A DNA stretch of 32,000 bases. It comes from Candidatus Saccharimonadota bacterium. GTDB lineage: Bacteria; Patescibacteriota; Gracilibacteria; BD1-5; UBA2023. A model generated the notes under the pieces. It was given only the letters and a program-made list of their open reading frames with translations, made no database searches and was not told where the DNA came from. Position 1 is the stretch's first letter, and each line of letters opens with the position of its first letter. The translations under genes were made by a program, and so were the position numbers. The stretch spans positions 1,020,001 to 1,052,000 of the forward strand of contig OY970170.1 in assembly GCA_963706795.1 (NCBI GenBank), written 5' to 3'. This document shows, piece after piece, positions 9,418 to 17,400 of this stretch.

Positions 9418-9592
9418 ATCTAACTTCGGGATGACCGTTGGAATTTTTATAGTGAGTATAGAACCATATAAGATGGTTGATCTTATCGTCATAAGATGAC
9501 AACGAAACTCCCGCTACCTCTATATTCAATGCCTTCATTTTCTCAACAGTCTGAGCTTTTAACTTAATAGCGTTTGGCTTTTTATCTTCCAT
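9416..9592 (-). CDS. 58-aa small protein, possible ribbon-helix-helix-type regulator
   Basis: Sequence is MEDKKPNAIKLKAQTVEKMKALNIEVAGVSLSSYDDKINHLIWFYTHYKNSNGHPEVR, from ATG 9592 to TAA 9418-9416, verified by index. It is below the ORF-track cutoff. The RHH call is a guess from the strand-helix-helix-like pattern. Confidence 0.4.
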   Translation of the reverse strand: MEDKKPNAIKLKAQTVEKMKALNIEVAGVSLSSYDDKINHLIWFYTHYKNSNGHPEVR

Positions 9593-9785
9593 GCTAGTTT
9601 GATATATGACAACTAGGAGTGTACAGATGGTTGTGTATTGGGCAACTGCTTTTTATAACTAAATTGGTAACATGGTGAATACATGAATATTTATCTTGAG
9701 GCTTTAGGAGGGGAAAAGTAGTGATATAAGGGTTATCATCATTGTATTAGCTCGGTTGATTATGGTTGTCGATGATTGCTACAAC

Positions 9786-9813
9786 TTGTGACAACCGGAT
9801 TAAATATTATAAT
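9786..9813 (+). promoter_or_regulatory. Near-consensus plus-strand promoter
   Basis: TTGTGA (9786-9791), 16 nt, TATAAT (9808-9813), 35 nt upstream of ATG 9849. Confidence 0.5.
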
Positions 9814-9848
9814 GACGATCCTCCTTGTATATATCTTATTTTATTAGC

Positions 9849-10103
9849 ATGTTCGTTCAATTTACAGGTCGAGCTGGAAGGATTAATACTATTAATGCTG
9901 ATTACATCATTCGTATTGATCCGAGTTATGACTGAATAAGCAAGCGCATTTCCGCTACTATAACCATATACGAGTGACTCTCTACTAACTGATCTACAAG
10001 TAGCAGTTCCACTACGACAGAGAATATATCCGATGAAGACTACGAAAGAATTATTGATCAACTAATGGGTGATAATTCGATACGAGAAATAACTATCGTG
10101 TAA
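9849..10103 (+). CDS. 84-aa hypothetical protein, divergent from the 58-aa gene
   Basis: Code-25 ORF with 3 in-frame TGA: MFVQFTGRAGRINTINADYIIRIDPSYDGISKRISATITIYEGLSTNGSTSSSSTTTENISDEDYERIIDQLMGDNSIREITIV. The promoter above precedes it, and its TAA is immediately followed by the 10105-10134 terminator. It competes with the track's minus ORF 9807-10061. Confidence 0.45.
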
Positions 10104-10104
10104 A

Positions 10105-10134
10105 TAAAAAACCTCCAGACTGGAGGTTTTTTTA
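10105..10134. terminator. Bidirectional rho-independent terminator
   Basis: AAAAAACCTCC-AGACT-GGAGGTTTTTT, with T-tracts in both orientations, between convergent genes. Confidence 0.75.
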
Positions 10135-10254
10135 TTGACCGAACTATCTATTTCTCTTCTCTTCAAGTTCTTTTGTGCCTTTGGACTTCCCATATACGAA
10201 TATACTCAGCAGTGTACCAAGAGCACCTATAATTGTTACAATTCCATATACACT

Positions 10255-10572
10255 TTTACCATCTAGTATAAGGTAGAACCCTCATCCTATAGAGGATAGA
10301 GTGATTGCTGAGGAAGATATCCATCCCAAAATCTGCATCAACTGATTAGATGCTATGACAGATTTTTCAAGTCCCATTCTGTGGGCTGCCTGATTTTCAG
10401 CCATGGACAAAATCCTGTCAGCAGCACCAGATAATACTAGTTCATATTTCTGAAATTCTTCGGCTGGTGGAATTGGTCCGGAGTATTGAGTGCTTTGCAT
10501 GGCAATGGTACGTTGCTGGTCCACCATACTTTCACTCACTTTCCTAAGCTGCTTGGCTACTTTGTGACTCAT
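10255..10572 (-). CDS. DUF2335-like membrane protein (105 aa as encoded; possibly frame-disrupted)
   Basis: Contains ..YSGPIPPAEEFQKYELVLSGAADRILSMAENQAAHRMGLEK.., the DUF2335 pattern as I recall it. It reads through TGA 10284-10282 to TAA 10257-10255 after one TM. See the finding on the out-of-frame second TM. Confidence 0.55.
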
Positions 10573-10772
10573 ACTGCCTGCATACTGTTACGAATATCGT
10601 CTCAAACAGCTGAAAAGTCAGAGCGAATAGCTCTATTGTCAGCTTCTTCTGTTGTAGCTGATTCGTTATATGAATCAAAAGTGCTGTAAATATCCATCGT
10701 CCTAGACATGCCACTCAAGAAGCTTGGATTGCTAAAGAGAAAGGTGGATCTAATTAGAGTAGAATTATTCAT
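10557..10772 (-). CDS. 71-aa hypothetical protein
   Basis: Sequence is MNNSTLIRSTFLFSNPSFLSGMSRTMDIYSTFDSYNESATTEEADNRAIRSDFSAVGDDIRNSMQAVGVTK. It has two in-frame TGA, ends at TAG 10559-10557 and overlaps the DUF2335-like start by 16 nt. Confidence 0.5.
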
Positions 10773-10802
10773 TTTTTTGTTGGTTACGGTAGATATTACT
10801 CG

Positions 10803-11117
10803 TTAAGTTGTAAAGTACAACACTTCACAGTAAAAATATGCATTTTCACTTGTTTCAAGGTGATTATACCATATTTTACATTCATTTGTTAAATTCCTCT
10901 TATGTTCGATACTTTCAACATACTCAGCACTGGAAGCTTCGGATTTTTTACCGTCGTTATCTGCGTTGGCTATTTCTTCTTGGAGTACATTGTACCTGAG
11001 TTCAAGGGGTTGCATGCAGTCATAAGAAGGCATGATGATTCTCTGTTTGATAGAGCAATACACTACATAACATGGGGCTTGGTTATAAATATAGTGATTT
11101 TTTTTCTCTGAACTCAT
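10803..11117 (-). CDS. 104-aa Cys-rich hypothetical protein
   Basis: Standard ORF in an AT-rich segment. It lies 30 nt upstream of the next gene and 24 nt downstream of the previous one. Confidence 0.4.
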   Translation of the reverse strand: MSSEKKNHYIYNQAPCYVVYCSIKQRIIMPSYDCMQPLELRYNVLQEEIANADNDGKKSEASSAEYVESIEHKRNLTNECKIWYNHLETSENAYFYCEVLYFTT

Positions 11118-11141
11118 TCAATAGCTCAATTAACCTGAGAC

Positions 11142-11417
11142 TTACTCACAAATGCGGGAGAGATAGCTAAGATTGTTGTCAGTGTATTCAAGGACCTCGA
11201 AATCGGATCGATTCAACTCGTTATCTTTTTTTTCTCCTACACATTGAGCATATGCATGCTTATGTTTGTCTTGAGGTATATTGCACTTACAGTGATTTTT
11301 CTTGTAAAAATCACTGAGCGAATGGCTGACGATAATTTTATAACCAAGAAGATGACCTGTAAGTTCAAGCGAATTCTCTGACATGCAGTATCTATAATCA
11401 GAGAAACATGAAAACAT
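11142..11417 (-). CDS. 91-aa Cys/His-rich hypothetical protein
   Basis: Standard ORF and first gene of a compact four-gene minus-strand unit. It contains ..NHCKCNIPQDKHKHAYAQC.. (possible metal ligands). Confidence 0.4.
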   Translation of the reverse strand: MFSCFSDYRYCMSENSLELTGHLLGYKIIVSHSLSDFYKKNHCKCNIPQDKHKHAYAQCVGEKKDNELNRSDFEVLEYTDNNLSYLSRICE

Positions 11418-11534
11418 AATCTTGATAAGATCTAAATGAATCTGAGGGAATATTTTTACAGTATGAATCGCATGAGAACTAAGATGATTTTCGTATAAAT
11501 ACCTACTTTGCTATAACTTAATACGCTATATCAT

Positions 11535-11636
11535 ATGCGTAAAATTTCTCTAAAGATTAAACAAGTTATCGGCCTTGTAGTTTTACTTTTCATTATAGCT
11601 ACATGGTTACAACTCAAGCTTCATTGGTTTTGATAA
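11535..11636 (+). CDS. 33-aa hydrophobic peptide ORF (speculative)
   Basis: Sequence is MRKISLKIKQVIGLVVLLFIIATWLQLKLHWFG. The TAA (11634-11636) abuts the 11635-11658 hairpin. Confidence 0.25.
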
Positions 11637-11663
11637 AAGCATCCTAGAGGATGCTTTTATTTT
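11635..11663. terminator. Bidirectional terminator hairpin
   Basis: AAAAGCATCC-TAGA-GGATGCTTTT followed by ATTTT. It overlaps the stop of the 11657-11890 gene. Confidence 0.65.
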
Positions 11664-11890
11664 AAGGCTAAACTCTCTGATGTAAGTATTATAAATACCA
11701 CTGTGATAAGTATAAATACATAGGGTATAAGTAATGTTACTAGCCATCCTAGGAAGTGCGTTTTACCCTTTGGGATAGGTTTCTCGAATATTTCTGCCAT
11801 ATGAGATACTGCATCATAGCAGTATAGTGCACATAAACATGAGAGTATTACGAGATACGCGAGATTTCGATAGAAGAGTGCATCATGCAT
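11657..11890 (-). CDS. 77-aa membrane protein (2 TM)
   Basis: Standard ORF with hydrophobic segments LAYLVILSCLCALYCY and GWLVTLLIPYVFILITVVFIIL. Confidence 0.5.
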   Translation of the reverse strand: MHDALFYRNLAYLVILSCLCALYCYDAVSHMAEIFEKPIPKGKTHFLGWLVTLLIPYVFILITVVFIILTSESLALK

Positions 11891-11912
11891 AGTGTTAATG
11901 AATAAGGGGTAG

Positions 11913-12146
11913 TTATTTCGTATTAGCTTCGACTTTTACTTTCTGTAGCTCTTCGAACATTCCTTTTTGGACTGTTCGAAGTTGTTTTATTTGCTCCGAG
12001 AGAGGTGGAGGTGGTTTTGGGAAGAATGTGTCCCACATAGAGAATCCCACGAGCCCGAGGATTGCCAGAAGCAATCCTATTTGGGCATATGAGAGCTCCT
12101 TGAGTGATAATCCACTCTTATGCTTTGCACTATGATCTTGTGACAT
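11913..12146 (-). CDS. 77-aa single-pass membrane protein
   Basis: Standard ORF with TM IGLLLAILGLVGFSMW, then PKPPPP and a charged helical tail. Confidence 0.5.
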   Translation of the reverse strand: MSQDHSAKHKSGLSLKELSYAQIGLLLAILGLVGFSMWDTFFPKPPPPLSEQIKQLRTVQKGMFEELQKVKVEANTK

Positions 12147-12158
12147 AGAAGAGATGGA

Positions 12159-12620
12159 TTATCGGATAAAGTTCTCAGTAACTTTGGCCATGGGTGCATG
12201 GTTTTTTCCAAAGTTTTCGATGATTTCGTTTTTACTTCGTTCTGAGTGTTCTTGTACTTCTGTACTTGCTTGCAGTGCGAGATCGACGCAGGCTGAGGGT
12301 TGAAACCCTCCGATCTCGCGTAGGTAGTCAATGCGTATCTGGAGGAGCTTCTTGAGTTCGTCTTTCTCGTGTGTGGTGAGTATTCTAGAGAGTACGATGC
12401 GGAGTTCATCGAGTTCGATGGAGCAGGCGCGATCGATTGGTGCAATCTGTGATACGAGAGTGAAGAGGTAGAACTCCATGGTATTTGTGTTCATTTGGTG
12501 TTTTGGTGATTGATATTGATATTTCGTATGCACCGTCAAAAAGTCTGCGACTTTTGGACAGTGTTGCTTGCGACCATCAGAAACCCATATAAAACCCGTT
12601 TGGGTATTTGTTTGGGTCAT
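12159..12620 (-). CDS. 153-aa hypothetical protein (start uncertain)
   Basis: Standard ORF, 12 nt upstream of the next gene. It looks helical and I recognise no motif. Confidence 0.45.
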   Translation of the reverse strand: MTQTNTQTGFIWVSDGRKQHCPKVADFLTVHTKYQYQSPKHQMNTNTMEFYLFTLVSQIAPIDRACSIELDELRIVLSRILTTHEKDELKKLLQIRIDYLREIGGFQPSACVDLALQASTEVQEHSERSKNEIIENFGKNHAPMAKVTENFIR

Positions 12621-12755
12621 TGATAGTTTTGGCGAAGGGTTTTCTACAGGTTTCAGACAGTCTGAGCAGATTACCCCGATGGGGTAATGCTTTGCATGTA
12701 CTAGGTAGAATGTCTAACGACTATTCAAAAGAGGAGTTTGTTGTTTTTAATGAGG

Positions 12756-13925
12756 CTAAGCAAAGATGGTGTCATGAAGTTCGAGAGCCTTTGAAGTGTT
12801 GTTAGCAAAGATTGATTCGAGTTCGTAGAAGGTTGAGGTGGATGCTGGTATAGGTTCGTCTTCAAAGAGGCGGAATCCGTACATGAGTAGGTCTGTGCCA
12901 TAGCGGTCAAAGAGGGTTTTAAAGAGTTCTTGGCGTGAAGTGATGGATGAGTAGGAGTCCATGTATGCTTCGTACATGGTGCGTGAACGGTTCTTGCGCT
13001 TGTAGATGATGTCTGAGACGAGGAGATCGCGTGCTTGTTTGAAGTAGTTCTCGTCTGTAGGTTTACGTACGGGGAACGGTTTTCGTTTATGACTGAGTAG
13101 GTAGCTGAGTGAGAAGTTGAGATTTTCTTCGAATTGATCGATGGCGTATTGTTCTATATGCTCGAATATTGATTCGAGTGATAAGTCTACGAGCTCTTTT
13201 ATGCCTTTGGAGTTCTTGCGATACTCTAGGCGTGTAATTGGTGGTTGGTTCTCATCTTTATATGGTGCAAAGGGGAGAGTTCAGCGGGCTACTATTTCGT
13301 ATTTTCTCTTGTCTATGACATCGAGCATCTTGTTGTAGATGGCTATTTCGTGTCTGTCTGACTTGAGGTAGTACCATGTGGTGATTCAGTTTACTTTGAA
13401 TTCCTTGGTCTTTTTTTGGTTCTTGGCGTAGCGTTTGGAGAACTCGTGAGCGTCTATGCCTTGTATATCCACGCACCAGTCAATGCGAGATACAATCTTT
13501 TGAGTATGTACGTTTATCTCGAAGAGTTCGAAGAAGTAGGGGAGAAGGTCTGAGTAAGCTGTGAAGAAGAGTCCAGTGAACTCTATGTCCGAATAAACGA
13601 TCTTGAGATCGTTTTTCTTGGCGAGTTTGAGATGTATCGTTGCGATAATCTGTGCTGTTTCTGAGAGTACATGGAGTACTTTTAGGCGGTTTCCGTTTAC
13701 ATTGCCGAAGTAAGTAATGCGGAGTCAGTGATCCAATATGTGTGTATTGGAGTTGCCAACGAGTCCGTAGAGCTTGATAGCAATTCGTGTTCGGTTGGAG
13801 ATTCGAACTGTGAGGTAGTCGATGCCTTTATAGAAAACTGAGAGGTGATTTCTAAGGACTATTTTCTTGGTTCTCGCGTAGAGTTTTGTGTCCGTTTTTA
13901 GCGGGACATTTTGTGTTTTTGCCAT
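12756..13925 (-). CDS. Rolling-circle replication initiator, Rep_trans (PF02486)/RstA-like (389 aa)
   Basis: Pieces 13725-13925 and 12756-12977 share one frame, which is open throughout with TGA at 13725, 13386 and 13281. The motifs GIDYLTVRI, SRIDWCVDIQG and EIAIYNKMLD resemble the iDyl / RiDla.D / iY.K blocks I recall for this family. The stop is TAG 12758-12756. Confidence 0.6.
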
Positions 13926-13973
13926 TTCACTCGTTTTAATGATTGGGATGAGGAAAGGTTGGGTGTGTGGATA

Positions 13974-14011
13974 GTACCTATCGCCCCCTATTATCTATAG
14001 GGGGCGGGTAC
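13974..14011. other. Strong hairpin upstream of rep (origin or regulatory candidate)
   Basis: GTACC-TAT-CGCCCCCTA-TTATCTA-TAGGGGGCG-GGTAC. Confidence 0.45.
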
Positions 14012-14212
14012 ATTTATTTTTTCTGGAGAATTTGGGTAGTTTTTCGTGGGCGTGAGATGTACCAAAAAAGTATGCCTAGCATCACATATGGACTAAGGAC
14101 TATACCGATGGTTCATATTTCTTGTGGTGTCATGATTGGGCTTTTAGACAAATAAAAAGCCCGCTCCTTAATGAAACGAACCACTTGAAAAAACGAGGCT
14201 AAAATTTGGTCA

Positions 14213-14366
14213 AAAAATATTGTGTCGCTAATTGTGTTTTTGTATGCGATTTTGGACAAAAAGAAAAGCATCAGTGTTTAAGTTCTGATGCCGTTCTTGA
14301 GGTTGTTGGAATGTGTGTAATGGTGGCGAGGAGTAGAATCGAACTACCGACACAAGGCTTTTCAGG
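14213..14366. repeat. attR: 154-bp direct repeat supplying the 3' half of the intact tRNA-Phe and its terminator
   Basis: Identical to 2174-2327. Confidence 0.9.
14255..14291 (-). terminator. tRNA-Phe terminator, also present in the attL copy at 2216-2252
   Basis: On the minus strand: GCATCAG-AACTTAAACA-CTGATGC followed by TTTTCTTTTT. Confidence 0.6.
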
Positions 14367-14395
14367 CCTCTGCTCTACCACTGAGCTACCCCGCC
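14321..14395 (-). tRNA. tRNA-Phe (anticodon GAA), CCA encoded
   Basis: Reverse complement is GGCGGGGTAGCTCAGTGGTAGAGCAGAGGCCTGAAAAGCCTTGTGTCGGTAGTTCGATTCTACTCCTCGCCACCA. The cloverleaf folds by hand: 7-bp acceptor stem, GCTC/GAGC D stem, GAGGC/GCCTT anticodon stem, loop CTGAAAA, and a TTCGATT T-loop. Confidence 0.9.
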
Positions 14396-14498
14396 ATATG
14401 GTACTTCCTGCTGTACTGATGCCCGTTAGAGCCCGCACATCTTATGGAAAATGCGCGGGCATGCAAACGATTTTTTGTTTTGGGGGAATTTTTGGGGA

Positions 14499-17400
14499 TT
14501 AGGCGGGGACTGAGTCGAAATCTTCTCGGATTTTGGCGGTTTTCCAGCGGGTGGTGACCCAGACTTGGAGGGCTTGTTGGTCGTCGATCTTCATTTTGGT
14601 ATCGATACGCTGACCCTGGATGTCGAGGAAGATATGGATCGTGCCGTCGGTTGTTTGAGAAAGAAGGTGCTTGAGATCGAGGAGATCTTGTTTGGAAGCA
14701 CTTTTTGGGACAGTAATGAGGAGTGCCTTTTGCGGAGTTTTTTCGTCGATTTTGGTTACACCTTCGGCGGCGAGTGGGGAAGTGTAGTAGCTGACGCGGA
14801 ATTTTGCATCGAAGAGCTGCATTTCTTGGGCTTGGCTACGGATTGCAGTGATGGTGTTGGATTTGATGCTTGCGGCGATGACTGAGATTTCGCCCGAGTC
14901 GAGGTCACATTTGAGATTGCCTTCGACGAGGAGGATTTTGTCTTCTTCGAGGAGAGGGCCGAGGAGTTCGTAGTCCTTTGGGAAGACAACAGCACTAAAC
15001 CTAAAATCCGTGGAATCACACGTGGCCACTGCCATGAGCTTACCCGTCTTAGTTTGTATCTTGCGAATACTCGAAACAAGGCCGACAAATCGCACTCGAA
15101 TCATCTTTTCACGCTCCTTCTTTTGCTTTGGAGCATCGGTCGTGTCCTCGGGCATTGGTGCAAGGTTATCTTGGCCTTGTGTCGGTGCAGGAAGCGGTAT
15201 TTCGCCAGATGGCATGTCTGAATCTCCCATATCGGTGATAATTTCTTCGCGTTCCTCGAGTTTTTTGAGGAATTCTAGGACGTGTTCTTTGCCAATAATA
15301 CGGCGATCAATAAATGGTTTGAGGCCATCGAGTCCATGTCCAGAGACACAATATCCAATACTCGCTTTTTCACCACGGATGCGCTCTTCAAAGGTCATTG
15401 GTGGAGCCTTCTCAAGCGAGAAATTGAGTGCTCAGAGGTGTGAATCTGCAGCCGACATATCAAAGAGTCCGATCTGAGAGGAGGCGGCTTTGGATTCGTT
15501 TTCTTTGGCGTAGGAGATCATTTTAGGGATTGATCTGAGGAGGCTTGCGCGCTCTCCAAATCGGTCGAGGGCACCTGAGAGAGTGAGGGCTTCGAGAGAT
15601 TTTTTGTTGATGACATCTCCGCTCGTTTTGGTAACAAAATCGAGTGCGGATTCGTAGGCAGATTTTTCGCGTCAGATACGGATGGATTCGATGGGACCGC
15701 TTCCGAGATTTTTGACGGCTTTGAGTCCGAAACGGATATTTTGGCGATCGATATAGGTGAAGTGCTTCATCGATTCGTTAACGTCGGGTGGTAGGATGCT
15801 GATACCTTTGGCTTTGCATTCTTCGATTTCCATGGTGATGCGCTCGGCGTCTTCCTCGTCGGAGACCATGAGGGCGGTCATGAATTCGGTTGGATGGTAG
15901 GCCTTGAGGTAGGCAGTCTGGTACGAAATCATCGAATAACACGCGGCATGGGATTTATTAAATCCGTAACCGGCAAATGGTTCGATAATGTCTTCGAAGA
16001 TATATTTTGCGAGCTCAGTCGTATGTCCTTGGCTGTTGGCAGCTTCGATAAATTTTTGCTTCTGCTCCATGAGGAGATCGATTTTTTTCTTACCGATGGC
16101 ACGGCGGAGGATATCGGCTTCACCGAGCGAAAATCCGGCGAAGGCCTGTACGAGCTGCATGATCTGCTCCTGATAGACGGCGATTCCCTGGGTTGGCTTC
16201 AGGATGGCTTCGAGTGAAGGGTGTGGATAGGCAACTTTCTCCTTACCGTATTTGCGGGCAATATAGGTCGGGATATAGGCCATCGGTCCTGGTCGATACA
16301 ATGATACCATTACGATGATATCTTCGAAGGTATTGGGACGAAGCTCTCGGAGGTATTTGCGCATTCCAGGGGATTCAAACTGGAAGACTCCGGTGGTGTC
16401 ACCTTCGGCAAATATCTTAAATACTTTTTTGTCTTCAAAATTGATCTTGAGAAGATCAATATCGATCCCGTGGATATTTTTGACGATCTCGAGACATCGC
16501 TTCATGATCGTGAGATTTCGCAGTCCGAGGAAGTCCATCTTGAGAAGTCCGAGGTCTTCGAGTGGATATTGCGAGAGCTGGGTTACGACGGTTTCGTTAT
16601 CCTTTGGCGGGTGTTGCAGCGCACAATAATTGGTCATTTTTTGTGGCGCGATAATAACCGCACAGGCATGGACTCCGAGCTGACGGACGGATCATTCGAG
16701 CTTGAGGGCATTGTCGATAACCTTGTGGTAGCGCGGATCAGATTGATAGGCTTCTTTAAATTCGACGGATTCTTCGATGGCATCGGCGAGCTTGGTTCCT
16801 GGTCGAGCAGGGATGAGCGCGGCGAGTTTATTCATCTCGGCGAAGGGGATTCCGAGAACCTTTCCAACGTCCTTAACCGCGGCGCGGGCGGCCATGGTTC
16901 CAAAGGTACAAACACGAGTAACGTGGTCTGCCCCATATTTGTCGCGAACATATTCGAGTACGGCTCCGCGTCATTCGTCCGAAAAGTCGACGTCGATATC
17001 CGGCATGGAGATACGCGCAGGATTGAGGAATCGCTCAAAAAGGAGTCCGTATCTGAGCGGATCGATGTCGGTAATACCCGAAAGATACGCGAGAATGGCT
17101 CCGGCCGCAGATCAACGTCCAGGTCCAACTGGTACGTCATGTGCCTTCGCCCAGTTAATGAAGTCGGATACGATATTAAAATATCCGTTAAATCCCATGA
17201 GATCTACTACAACGAGCTCGTATTCTAGACGATTTACGATCTCTTGTTTTTTAGCATCGAATGCTCCAAGGATTTCTTTCTTTTTGTCGGTTTCGTAAGC
17301 GACTGAGAGCTCGATGAGCTCATCAACGCTCATCGCAGAAAGTTTTTTCTCTGGCTTTGGGATATCGCGTTTGTGAATGAATTCATTAATTGTGGCTTCA

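Larger units (their letters stand above)
2174..14366 (-). mobile_element. Integrated inovirus-like (filamentous-phage-like) prophage, ~12.0 kb, inserted at tRNA-Phe
   Basis: Bounded by perfect 154-bp direct repeats (2174-2327 and 14213-14366). A tyrosine integrase sits next to the left repeat. The internal gene order is Rep, accessory genes, coat-like, adsorption-like, g6p-like, Zot-like. All morphogenesis genes are on the minus strand and tightly packed. Confidence 0.8.

Noticed and set aside
9807-10061. The track's minus-strand 84-aa ORF (MINNSF...).
   Set aside because: It has only a TTG start directly after an in-frame TAG and contains no internal Met. The opposite strand has an ATG ORF of the same size with a near-consensus promoter and a terminator at its stop, so I favoured the plus-strand ORF. 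Confidence is modest either way.
10902-11435. A plus-strand 177-aa hydrophobic ORF that appears in code 25, antisense to the 104-aa and 91-aa minus ORFs.
   Set aside because: Two of its four in-frame TGA (11109, 11136) lie at the edges of the 24-nt gap between the two minus ORFs. It therefore looks like two antisense shadow frames joined by chance. The minus ORFs also fit a tidy operon with short gaps and flanking terminators. It is not fully excluded.
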